From: Felis catus
Lineage: Eukaryota
Length of the DNA: 64,000 nucleotides
NCBI RefSeq assembly: GCF_018350175.1
Contig: NC_058373.1
Coordinates: 100,318,001-100,382,000, forward strand
Direction: 5' to 3'
In this document: piece by piece, positions 48,260 through 57,559 of the stretch
Position numbering within the stretch: the stretch's first letter is position 1
Layout of the letters: each line of letters starts with the position of its first letter
Made by a program: the position numbers and the translations under genes
Notes under the pieces: generated by a model
What the model saw: only the letters and a program-made list of their open reading frames with translations
What the model was told of the DNA's origin: nothing
The model's database searches: none

Positions 48260-51200
48260 TTAGAGTGGGAGAGAGCCAAAGCATAAGAGACTCTTAAAAA
48301 CTGAGAACAAACTGAGGGTTGATGGGGGGTGGGAGGGAGGGGAGGGTGGGTGATGGGTATTGAGGAGGGCACCTTTTGGGATGAGCACTGGGTGTTGTAT
48401 GGAAACCAATTTGACAATAAATTTCATATATTAAAAAAAATAAAAAAAAATAAAAATGTTGACATTACAGGTTAAAATATATAAATATGAAATAATTACA
48501 TAAAAGCATAAAAAGGAAATGTAGAAGAATTGTTATAATACTTGTGAAGATTTTCTTAACCAAGAGTGAAAAACCCCGAACTATAAACAACAAATTTGAC
48601 TACGTAAAAATGTAAAACTTTGGCATAGTAAAAAAGACCACAAAGAAGATTTAAAAAATGCCAGTATAGGGAAAATATCTAAGATACCAAAAGATTAGTG
48701 TATCACTAAAACAAAAATATAAATAAAATGGATAAAGTCCATGATTTGAAACTAATAAAAAAAATGTAATGTCTAATGTACATTATTCAACTATTATTCA
48801 TACTAGTGTTTATCAGGGAATTTAAAAATGTAATTCTGAGATACTATTTATTGTCATATTAGCAAAATTTAGTAAAGATTTACAACATTTAATATAAGGC
48901 AGAAGGTAGGAAAAGGGGCATTTTCATGTACTGTTGATGGGAGTGTAAAACTATTACTTTTACACTCTTTTTTGGAATATATTTGAATTTCTGGGAAACT
49001 TTTTGGAGTAGAGAAACAGTTCAATATACATTTTCTACATGGAAAGTTTTGGCACTATTTATACTAAACTGGGGAGACCTTTTACTCCAACACAGAAAGA
49101 TCACCAAAACACTGTATAACGGAAAAACTCCAACGGAAGAACAATACATAATACATACTAGGCTACCATTCACGTTATAAAAACAAAATGAGACATGCAA
49201 GTGTATCACATAGAAAAGGTACTGGCGAGTTGTGCTCCAACTGTCTACAACACAGTCACACAGCAATCAAGAAATGGCTACTTCTTAAGAGGGAGCAGCA
49301 AGGGAATAAGTTGAAGCAGAATTTTCACCTTCAGTTCATTTTCTGTACTATTGGAATTTTTTTATAATGAGACCGTATGAATTCTGTAATTAAAGGAAGA
49401 TAAGATCCATGAGCACATTATTACCATGTGAGAAAACACAAGTTACAAATGTATAACACCCCACCCCCAACCCCTCGGGAGCTGCCCGTGGCTTTATTTA
49501 TGAATCTGTTTTTTGGGTAGTCAGAGCAGGAGACTCCGCTTCAGTGCAAATCCCTCTTCCAGGAGCCATGACTCACCAGAAAAGGGTGCTCGGATTTTGT
49601 TAGACACGTTTGCTTTGTGTAAATAAATGTTTACAATTTTATATTAAAGAGGAAATAAGCATTATTTCTGAGTGTGTATTTTTTACTTTAACAGATTTTA
49701 AAACTATGGACCTTTATATATGTGTTTTGGGGGAGCTATGATAAGTTTTATGGCAACCAGTTGGTATTGTTAACTTTCTATTGTCATCAAAGTACATAAA
49801 AATCCTATTAATCCCCTTATCCTCCTCCTGCCCTTAACTCTGGTATACACCAAAAAGAAATCTTTACTCTCCTTCTTTTATCATTATAAAATAATAAATG
49901 TATTTTGCTAATATGAAAAAAAAACACAAATGTATAACACAGTCCCACTTTCATTAAAAACAAAAATGAATACATAATTCTATAATATTTGAATTTTTAC
50001 ACTCAGCATGCATTATTTTTATAATTAAAGAACAGTTTAAAAAAATACCTTGGGGGACCATAAAGTGAACTACATGAAGACTTCAGCCCTGTACACATGG
50101 GGCAGAGTCAGCCAAGAGGCAAGCAAAAGCCAGAGCTGTCCTGTGCAGCCCATGTGAGCATGTCTCCCAGCCTTAAAGAAGGCGCTTGGCTTGGGGAAAG
50201 CAAACCCTCACACTACTCCTTTTTAATTGGAAACATTTTAGGATTGGACCAGAAGAAAGACTGTTCCATCAATGAAACCCCACAGGCTTGGGCAGACACC
50301 TGTGGCTCCTCAACAAAAGATGTTCACCTGTGTCTACACATCTGAGCCTTCCTAATGAGAGCTCATTTCCCTTGTACTGTGGATCACCCAGTGCCAGAAG
50401 AAAGATTTTTGAAATATGAAAATCACTTTTCAGCCTCAAAAAGACTCTTTGAAAAAAAAGCTGAGTTGGTATAGAGGCTGTTAACTCAAAACCTGATTGA
50501 AGTGTTGGAAAATGTCTTCAGAGTAAACTGCTATCCTGGCATTGATATTGGAGAAGACTAAGCTCAAAAACTGAACCTAGAACAAGAGAATCCAGATCTG
50601 GTTCCAAAACCGGCATACAAAGCTGAAAACGTCCCACAGACAATCACTTGTTTTTAATAGTGAAAAAAAATTTCAACACAAATCTCCTGGAATAGGAAGA
50701 AAACTAAACATGTGAAATTATCTTACAATTGCAGAACATGAAGAATCAATGGAAATATCAAGTGTTAAAAATGTGATGTTTTCCGCATTTAGTCTGTTGT
50801 CATTTTTTTCTGAAAATATACTGTAAATATTACTATTATAGCACAGGACCTATTATATTTGGGCACTTTTAGTTACAATAAAGGCCTTTCCTACATATTT
50901 TAATAAATATTTTCAGAAAAAGGCAGCTATTGTTTGAGCAAATTTAATAATTTAGTTTGCTAAAAAAATAAAAATTAAAAAAAAATTAAGTATCTTAGTG
51001 CTTAAAATGGCAAGCTCCAAATAGGAAAAATGGCATCTTGCTTAAGTGATTTTCCTAACAGTGCCAAACAAGTGAAGTATTAATTTCTGTATGTTTTAGG
51101 ACCCAGAATTTTCCTTTCTCTAAGCTGCCTTTAAATCCCCCCCCCCCCCATGCAAAAGCAAAAGAGCCTTTATTCGAGCTAGCTCGAGCTCAATCCCCTA

Positions 51201-54200
51201 CCTGCACCGACACAGTGGGGAGATACCGGGGAGAGAGCTAAAATTTTTAAGAAAAGTTTCTTTTTTTAAAATTTTTTTTTCAGCGTTTTTATTTATTTTT
51301 GGGACAGAGAGAGACAGAGCATGAACGGGGGAGGGGCAGAGAGAGAGAGGGAGACACAGAATCGGAAACAGGCTCCAGGCTCCGAGCCATCAGCCCAGAG
51401 CCTGACGCGGGGCTCGAACTCATGGACCGCAAGATTGTGACCTGGCTGAAGTTGGACGCTTAACCGACTGCGCCACCCAGGCGCCCCTTTAAGAAAAGTT
51501 TCTAATGAGATAATTTTCTATTTCTATTTACATAGTAAATCTTAAATTAGTAATCTGTTAAGTCAGTACTATACTGTAAAGTTAATTCTTACTTGGAAAA
51601 ACTCTTCCCCAGACCCGGGATCAGGCTAGCTCAGTGTGTTCCCTCCCTCATAGGAAATTAGAGATCTGCTATTTTCCTTCTTACGGCTAGGAAGTGGTGA
51701 AGCACTCAAGAACATGCCATCTGAGCATAGCTGTGTGAGCAAGGCATTTAAAAACTCATAAAATTTTATAATTCTGTGTAAGAATTTGACTAAAGTCTGA
51801 GAATCAATTCACTCATGATACTTCAATCTTGAAGTATCATTTCAAAAATAAATGAATTTAAAAAATAATGATGTTTTAAAAAACTTAGCCTTGCTGAAGT
51901 ATAATTTACGTGTTAATATTTTACCAAACATTCCTATTACTATTCACAATATTTATTTCAAATATTGTAAGTGGAGAGATGATATTATGTAACGCTTAGA
52001 AACATGAATGTTGGGAGCCAGCAAGTCTGGATTTGAATTCTAGCTCTGCCCCTTATTATAAGCTTGGGCAAATCATGTAACTCTTGTCGGGTTCTTTCCT
52101 TTTAAGTAAAATGAGGATAATACCACCAAAATCACAGGGATTTTTGAGGATCAAATGAAAGATAAAGCATGTATTAAGTAACAGTTATCATTTATCGAGT
52201 ATATGTAGAATTATTGACCATGCTCACACTGAGATGCTCATAATTCAAAAAGTATGCAATATTAAACCGAGCCTGAAGAGTCTATCTAATCCTTACCATA
52301 CCTGCCGTAGAGAAATTCTTGTGAAGCATAGTGTCTGACATCCTGAAGATGTCATGTATTGAGATACATCGACCTGTTGCTATTTATTACAGACACAGTA
52401 TGCAAGTGACCATATTTTTCAGTATTTGGTCCAATAATCAACTAAGGTGCTGACAAATCAAAAAAGCATACAAACTAGATGGAGTATACATCTGTAAATA
52501 TTCATCTGTAATTTAAAATCTCTCCAGTTTACTGTATGTAACACCTCAAACAAAACAAAACAAAAAACAAAAATGAACCCACATTACCTAGTCCCACTTA
52601 CATTCACTATAAACTGAAAGCAGGGATGATGTCTACTATCAGATGCCTTCAGCAATATAAATCACCATGCATAAAACAAATTTTAGAATTAACCTTACTC
52701 TAATGAAAGACACACTACCTCCTCAATTTGTAGGCTTCTTGCCACTAGTCGCAACTCTATTCCCTTCATTCCCTCCTCCACATATGACTGGATATAAGTT
52801 TGATATTCTAAAATTATTTATTTTGTAACATGACTCTATAATACACTGTCTAAATTCCTCAGCCTGACATTAAATACCCTCCAGTGTGATCCTGAAGTTC
52901 CTTGCAGGTCTTTCCCCATGAATTGGCTCAGCTGGATTATTCACATCGTGTACTATTCTTTTGCCAAAGTGTTCCTTGTCAATATCATTCTGCTTGGGTT
53001 GCTGTTTCTTACCATCAAAATCCTAGTCAGTGGAACTTTTTAAAAGCTGAAGTCACAAACTCAGTTTCCCAACCTATAACTAAGTATACCCTATTTGGAA
53101 TTGTTTTGCCTTCCGAATTCTTGTAACACTATTTGCTACAACATTTATATATTACCTCCTAAAGTACAGTAACCATGTTTTTCAATTAGCCTATAAACTT
53201 ATAAGAACGGTCTTATTTTTTGGTATCTCCTAAGTGCCAATCAGTACATGTATAAAGACATAAAAGTTACAAGTTACATGACCTTAGACATGTGCCATTT
53301 CTTCAACCTTAAAATGAGTAATAATATAATCTGCAATGAGCTGTAGTGAGAATTAAGTGAGTTTCCTCAAATAAAATATGCTAAAGTAAATTTACACGAG
53401 CATAATGTATAAAATGGGCATACACTAAGCACTAAATTGTTTGTTTTCATTATTGTTATCACCCCAGAATTTTTAAAAACCAAGAATAAAGTGATTTAAC
53501 TAATTCAGTTCATTATGGTAACTATAATGTCGTCTCTGCATATGCCCAGAACTGAAGAACCATGTAATTTAATTGGTCATCTAGCTACCCAAAAGACACT
53601 GCCTATGCTCCTGCTAGATACCACATAATTGAGTTAGGTTCTGGTAACAAACATGTGAGAGACAGTTCCATCATGCAAGGAACTCACAATTATTAGGTAA
53701 AAATATGCAATATAATACCAAACACAGAAAAGTCCAGTGACTTAAGATAGAAAGATGCCTAACTCAGGTTGGGGAGGTAATGGAAGGAAATTTGAGAAAG
53801 CTTCTTAAAGGAGCAAAGCCTTAATAAAGGAAAAAGGTGGAAAGGCAAAGGGATCAGCATATGCAAAGCACAGAAGTTTTAAGTAACCTGGCAAAAGTAA
53901 TATCTTAACTAAGTAATCGTGGTTTTCAAAGAATACGGGAAAAAAAGAGCTAAATACTACAAAACTGCTGGTTTCTGCAGTGCAAAGAACTGAGCCCACT
54001 TAAGGCACTGCCCCTTTTTGACTATTCCTGAGCAGAGAACCAGCCTTCCTTTTTATTGATGCAACTACTAACACCTGACATGATCTACACATGACAGACC
54101 CTCCCTGGTGGTGATTTCATGATTGAGAGAAAAAAATGCTGGAGGTGAGTTTTTTAAACTTGACTATTCTTCTGACCTTTGTAATCCATTTGTCAGAAAG

Positions 54201-54397
54201 ACATAAGTATACAGACACATCTATGGTTGTCACACTGAGCCTTTGCTCAGTCAAAGTCTCACCTGATCCAGGAGTGATAAGAGGCCCCTCTAATTCAAGT
54301 GCCTCATCTTCAGACTGGTCATCTAGCTTTTTCTTTTTTTTCTTTGTTGGATCTCTGGGTTTTTTCAAGAGAGAAAGTTCTTCAGGGTGTCTGATAT
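22269..54397 (-). CDS. FERMT2: FERMT2 (kindlin-2, fermitin family homolog 2), spliced CDS exons 4-15; 5' exons lie outside the window
   Basis: Exon translations join in frame into the recognisable kindlin-2 sequence (…[23 protein letters not shown]…PH domain [14 protein letters not shown]…F3 QWNVNWE…[13 protein letters not shown]). All introns are GT-AG. Confidence 0.99.
22817..23210. mobile_element. MER44/Tigger7-type DNA transposon remnant
   Basis: cagta…ccctcttatccatgggg…ggatgcctgaaaccatggatagtactgaaccc. Confidence 0.75.
23335..23580 (+). mobile_element. MIR SINE remnant
   Basis: tttgaatcctgattctgtgactaagtgtgtg…tcctcatttgtaaagtaggg…ggcacagagtaggcattcaataaa. Confidence 0.7.
23784..23909 (-). 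mobile_element. Tailless (3'-truncated) CAN-SINE
   Basis: Intact head, no CT tract or poly(A). Confidence 0.88.
23958..24150 (-). mobile_element. CAN-SINE inserted 8 nt into FERMT2 intron 14
   Basis: TSD tagctt(g/a)ccattt at 23945-23957 and 24151-24163. Confidence 0.9.
24159..24300 (-). CDS. FERMT2: FERMT2 exon 14 (142 nt; [17 protein letters not shown]…[11 protein letters not shown]), includes the integrin-binding QW motif
   Basis: Acceptor actatag|G, donor ATG|gtaagc; translated by hand. Confidence 0.96.
24364..24508 (-). mobile_element. CAN-SINE fragment in intron 13
   Basis: Poly(T), body; flanking ctgttttt. Confidence 0.85.
24588..24769 (-). mobile_element. CAN-SINE in intron 13
   Basis: TSD atcattttga. 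Confidence 0.88.
24948..25072 (-). CDS. FERMT2: FERMT2 exon 13 (125 nt; [15 protein letters not shown]…GITHFIA(R))
   Basis: Acceptor tgtttag|ATA, donor AG|gtcagt; translated by hand. Confidence 0.96.
25704..25724 (-). CDS. FERMT2: FERMT2 alternative 21-nt microexon (PGYIRDL) between exons 12 and 13
   Basis: ctacag|CCAGGCTATATAAGAGATTTG|gtaagt, phase 0/0, with a long polypyrimidine tract. Matches the 7-aa insertion I recall from a longer human kindlin-2 isoform. Confidence 0.9.
26410..26454. repeat. (AT)n microsatellite in FERMT2 intron 12
   Basis: Seen directly. Confidence 0.95.
28310..28531 (-). CDS. FERMT2: FERMT2 exon 12 (222 nt; [13 protein letters not shown]…LKKYKNKQ)
   Basis: Acceptor tcaacag|GAA, donor CAG|gtattt. 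Confidence 0.97.
28666..28772 (-). CDS. FERMT2: FERMT2 exon 11 (107 nt; [15 protein letters not shown]…WLRCDN)
   Basis: Acceptor attacag|GA, donor AAT|gtaagt. Confidence 0.97.
29170..29252 (-). mobile_element. Short CAN-SINE fragment
   Basis: TSD aagaataaa(c/g)gactttt. Confidence 0.7.
29772..29978 (-). mobile_element. CAN-SINE
   Basis: Head …cacccaggcgccc; degenerate TSD aacagaa(t/c)att. Confidence 0.88.
30440..32500 (+). mobile_element. Decayed L2 LINE 3' region
   Basis: C/T-rich L2-like body (acctcaaatttaaaac…aaactcact) and 3' end ctagcacagctggggcacaggaattcaatcagtatttg. Confidence 0.65.
33106..33332 (-). mobile_element. Young SINEC_Fc-type element
   Basis: CpG-intact; TSD gggtttcctttt. 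Confidence 0.95.
35019..35143 (-). CDS. FERMT2: FERMT2 exon 10 (125 nt; [13 protein letters not shown]…HQMNLR), PH domain
   Basis: Acceptor catgtag|G, donor AGAG|gtaagg. Confidence 0.97.
36273..36322 (-). CDS. FERMT2: FERMT2 exon 9 (50 nt; [16 protein letters not shown](K))
   Basis: Acceptor ttccctag|GGT, donor AA|gtaagt; translated by hand. Confidence 0.96.
36495..36674 (-). mobile_element. CAN-SINE with a (GA)n tract
   Basis: TSD acaaag(c/t)cattttt. Confidence 0.88.
37172..37306 (-). CDS. FERMT2: FERMT2 exon 8 (135 nt; [14 protein letters not shown]…GGKTSTIL)
   Basis: Acceptor ttttcag|TAT, donor TTG|gtatgg; translated by hand, not in the ORF track. Confidence 0.96.
38105..38343 (-). mobile_element. 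CAN-SINE
   Basis: TSD taatcagtt(a/t)cct; internal repeat ggggcttgaacc(c)atgaa. Confidence 0.9.
38600..38792. mobile_element. MER5A-like hAT-Charlie element
   Basis: cccagaatctgcattttt…ggtgattctgatgca. Confidence 0.7.
39166..39349 (+). mobile_element. CAN-SINE
   Basis: TSD aatctagattcta. Confidence 0.9.
39525..39788. mobile_element. Tigger2-type non-autonomous DNA transposon
   Basis: Terminal inverted repeats tgacccttggacaac … gttgttcaagggtcaact. Confidence 0.8.
40716..40930 (-). mobile_element. CAN-SINE
   Basis: Typical head …ccacccaggtgcccc. Confidence 0.9.
41022..42413 (+). mobile_element. Young 5'-truncated felid LINE-1 (ORF2 C-terminus, 3'UTR, poly(A)) in FERMT2 intron 7
   Basis: Open ORF2 frame from 41022 to 42182 including the CCHC knuckle ([18 protein letters not shown]); TSD TAAAATGTATTATTT at 41008-41022 and 42414-42428. 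Confidence 0.96.
42821..42928 (-). CDS. FERMT2: FERMT2 exon 7 (108 nt; [12 protein letters not shown]…MFAALQ)
   Basis: Acceptor gctgcag|TAT, donor CAG|gtagtg. Confidence 0.97.
44403..44505 (-). CDS. FERMT2: FERMT2 exon 6 (103 nt; [11 protein letters not shown]…FFDLNPK)
   Basis: Acceptor tgtccag|G, donor AAG|gtaccg; preceded by a 110-nt intron. Confidence 0.97.
44616..44841 (-). CDS. FERMT2: FERMT2 exon 5 (226 nt; [15 protein letters not shown]…AKINQG)
   Basis: Acceptor ttattag|GA, donor CAAGG|gtaagt; peptide match. Confidence 0.97.
46412..46625 (+). mobile_element. CAN-SINE followed by a G-run
   Basis: TSD ggg(c/t)tgaaaac. Confidence 0.9.
47020..47180 (-). mobile_element. MIR SINE remnant
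   Basis: tattattctcattttagaggagc…acagagagattaggtaacttgtcca. Confidence 0.6.
47793..48455 (+). mobile_element. Young felid LINE-1 3' fragment with an expanded internal A-tract
   Basis: Near-identical to 41802-42410; ORF2 end has an in-frame TAG at 48036; poly(A) tail. Confidence 0.95.
48480..49440 (+). mobile_element. Highly decayed L1M fragment
   Basis: Weak ORF2 3' motifs (tcatgtactgttgatgggagtgtaaa). Confidence 0.45.
49460..49925 (+). pseudogene. 5'-truncated processed retrocopy of an unidentified mRNA 3'UTR
   Basis: Perfect 15-bp TSD ACAAATGTATAACAC (49445-49459 and 49926-49940), AATAAA at 49893-49898, poly(A) at 49916-49924, body resembles no TE I recognise. Confidence 0.8.
50052..50985 (+). 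pseudogene. HESX1: Processed HESX1 pseudogene in FERMT2 intron 4, antisense to the host gene
   Basis: Intronless. ATG at 50160 gives [35 protein letters not shown]…; homeobox remnant [27 protein letters not shown]…RIQIWFQNR; ends …[11 protein letters not shown] at 50693-50695. Frameshifts and stops present; poly(A) remnant at 50962-50985. Confidence 0.95.
51150..51238 (-). mobile_element. Short ERV LTR R-region-like fragment
   Basis: Minus strand …GCTCGAATAAAGGCTCTTTTGCTTTTGCA resembles the gammaretroviral R end AATAAA…CTCTTGCTGTTTGCA; CpGs retained. Confidence 0.5.
51262..51487 (-). mobile_element. Young SINEC_Fc-type element
   Basis: TSD tttaagaaaagtttct. Confidence 0.95.
51975..52190 (+). 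mobile_element. MIR SINE remnant
   Basis: ctggatttgaattctagctctgcc…cttgggcaaatcatgtaac…gtaaaatgaggataata. Confidence 0.65.
54263..54397 (-). CDS. FERMT2: FERMT2 exon 4 (135 nt; (N)[44 protein letters not shown](G)), includes the poly-Lys F1 loop
   Basis: Acceptor taacag|AT, donor TCAG|gtgaga; peptide match. Confidence 0.97.
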
Positions 54398-54879
54398 CTG
54401 TTAAAATAAGAAAAAAGATTATTTTACTAGCAGAATGTAAAATTTAAACACTTTATATCTGATAAATTCATCTATTAATCCACTCCAATGTAAGAATTCA
54501 TAATTTCCTTCTGTGTACATATGTGTTTGTGTTGGGCCAGACATTACTGCCATGCAAAACACTAAAGTATGGCACTTCTAAAAATAATCTACCAAAGCAT
54601 TCAATTCATAGCTATGTAATAAAATAGTAACCTTGAATTGGAGAGAAAACAATCTGCTAGAGTACAGAAAGAAAATATTAGAACTCTTATTTACATATTT
54701 ATTTTTTAAACATTTTAAAACCATAAAAAATTAAAATTTATATCCTAGCCATAGCAATTAGGCAAGAAAAAGAAATAAAAACATACCAATTGGAAAGAAG
54801 TAAAATTGTCACTATTTGCAGATGACATGTTAGTATATATAGAAAGCCTTAACTACTCCATCAAAAAGCTGTTGGAACT

Positions 54880-55095
54880 GGGGTGCCTGGGTGGCTCAGT
54901 CAGTTAAGCATCCAACTTCAGCTCAGGTCATGATCTCACGGTTTGTGAGTTCGAGCCCCGCATTGGGCTCTGTGCTGACAGCTCAGAGCCTGGAGCCTGC
55001 TTTGGATTCTGTGTTTCCCTCTCTCTCTGCCCCTCCCCTGCTCACACTCTCTCTCTTCTTCAAAAATAAACAAACATTAATAATAATAAAAAAAA
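54880..55095 (+). mobile_element. CAN-SINE nested in L1
   Basis: TSD aaa(g/a)ctgttgga(a/g)ct. Confidence 0.92.
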
Positions 55096-55543
55096 AAAAC
55101 TGTTGGAGCTAATAAAACTGAGTGAAGTTTCAGGGTATAAAAGCCTATTGTGTTTTTATACATAAATAACAAACTGAGAAAGAGACATCAAGAAAACCAA
55201 TCCCATTTAAGTAAAATACTATGGAATAAACTATACCAAGAAAGTGAAAGACCTGTACACTGAAAACGAGGAGTTGATGAAAAAAATAAAGACACAAACA
55301 AATGGAAAGATATTGTGTTTGTGGATCGGAAGAATAGGTATTATTAAAATGGCTATATTACTCAAAGCAATCTGCAGGTTTAATGCAATCCCTATAGAAA
55401 GTCTAACGATACTTTTCACAGAACTAGAACAAATAATCCCAAAATCTGTATGGAACCAAAGAAGACCTTGAACAGCCAAAACAATCTATAGAAAGAAAAA
55501 CAAACCTGCAGGTGCATGCTGCTCGATTTTAAACTATACTACA

Positions 55544-55738
55544 GGGGTACCTGGATGGCTCAATTGGTTAAGCATCCAACGCTTGATTTCAGATCAGGTC
55601 ATGACTTCATGGTTGTGAGACGGGAGCCTGATGCTGGGCTCCACACTGAGCATGGAGCCTGCTTGGGATTCTCCCTCCCTCCCTCTTTCTTTCTCTCTCT
55701 CCCCGGCCCCTCCCCCACTCATGCACATGTGGTCTCAA
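55544..55738 (+). mobile_element. CAN-SINE nested in L1
   Basis: Degenerate TSD aaactatactaca/aaactttaccaca. Confidence 0.85.
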
Positions 55739-55831
55739 AAACTTTACCACAAAGCTGTAGTAATCAAAACAGTATAGTGTTAGCACAAAAACAGACATAT
55801 AAATCAATGGAACAAAATAAAGAGCCCAGAA

Positions 55832-55834
<3 letters not shown>

Positions 55835-55881
<47 letters not shown>
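55835..55881. repeat. (AC)n microsatellite
   Basis: Seen directly. Confidence 0.95.
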
Positions 55882-55883
<2 letters not shown>

Positions 55884-56773
55884 TCAATTAATTTATGACA
55901 AAGGAACTAATAATATACAATGGGAAAGAATAGTCTCCTCAATAAATGATGCTGGGAAAACTGGTCAGCTATACTGAAAAGAATGAAACTGGACCATATA
56001 TGAAAATTAACTTAAAAGTGCTTGAAGACTTGAATGTAAGAACTAAAACCATAAAATTCCTAGAAGAAAACATATGGTAATAAGCTCTTTGACATCAGTC
56101 TTAGAAATATTTTTTTGGACCTGACACCAAAGGCAAGAAAAACAGAAGGACAAATAAACAAATGAGACTGCATCAAACTAAAAAGCTTCTGCACAGCAAA
56201 GGAAACCAATAAAACCAGAAGGCAACTACTGAATAGGAGAAGATATTTGTACATCATATATCCAATAAGGGGTTAATATCCAAAATAAATAAACAACTCA
56301 TACAACTCAATAACAAAAAAAAAATCCAATTAGAGGATCTGAACAGACATCTTCCCAAAGATACACAGATGGCCAAAAGGCACATGAAAAGATGCTCAAC
56401 ACCACTAATCATCAGGGAAATGCAACTATAAATCACAATGAGATATCACCTTACACCTGTCAGAATGGTTATTATCAAAAAGACAAGAAATAATACATGT
56501 TGGAGAGAATAGGGAGAAAAGGGAAACCTTATGCACTGTTTAGGAATGCAAACTGGTGCAGCCACTATGGAAAACAATACAGAGGTCCCTTAAAAACTTA
56601 GAACTATGACATGATCTGGCAGTTCCACTACTGGGTATCTATCCAAGGATAACGAAAACACTAATTCAAAAAGGTAGCTGTTCACTGCAGCATTATTTAC
56701 CATAGCCAAGATATGGAAGCAAGCTAAATGTCCACTGATAGATAAATGGATAAAGAACATGTGGTGTGTGTAT

Positions 56774-56775
<2 letters not shown>

Positions 56776-56826
<51 letters not shown>
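56776..56826. repeat. (AC)n microsatellite
   Basis: Seen directly. Confidence 0.95.
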
Positions 56827-57559
56827 ACACTCTGGAATATTACTCAACCACAAAAAAAGAATGAAATCTTGCCATTTGCAACAACATGGATGGACCTAGA
56901 GGATATTATGCTAAGTGCAATTAAGTCAGAGAAAGACAAATACCACAATTTTACTTGTCTGTGGAATGTAAAAAACAAAACAAAACAAAACCAAGATGCA
57001 GTGATACAGAAAACAAACTGGTGTTTGCCAGCAGAGAGGGGAGTTAGGGGGGTGCAATGGGTGAAGAAGGATCAAGAAGTACAAACTTCCAGTTATAAAA
57101 TAAGTAAGTCACGGGGATATAATATGCAGCATGGGGAATATAGTCCATAATATTATATTAATTTTGTATGGTGACAGATAGTAAGTGCCCTGTGGTGATC
57201 ATTTTGCAGTGTATACATGTGTTGATTCAGTATGTTGCATACTTGATACAAATATGATATTTTATGTCAACTATACCTCAGTAAAAAAAAAAACAAACCT
57301 TTCTATTACATGGTAGCCATCATTCATTCTGTATGTTGTAAGTTACACATGACACATGAAGTAAATTTAAGTACTTTCATATCATTACCAAATCTGAAAG
57401 TTTTAATCAATTCTAAACTTTTCTGCCTTGTATCAAATGGCTATAAATTTCTGTGTTTATCTTACTCATTTTCATGTGAAGAATCTGGTCAGAGGAAAAA
57501 ATGGCTAAATGACAGTAACAAAAAGAATTAACAGCCCATATAAATAGATATAGAATATT

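Larger units (their letters stand above)
54740..57290 (+). mobile_element. Decayed carnivore LINE-1 (RT region to 3' end) interrupted by two SINEs and CA repeats
   Basis: RT motif LFADDM (ctatttgcagatgacatg), ORF2 remnants, poly(A) at 57283-57292. Confidence 0.9.
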
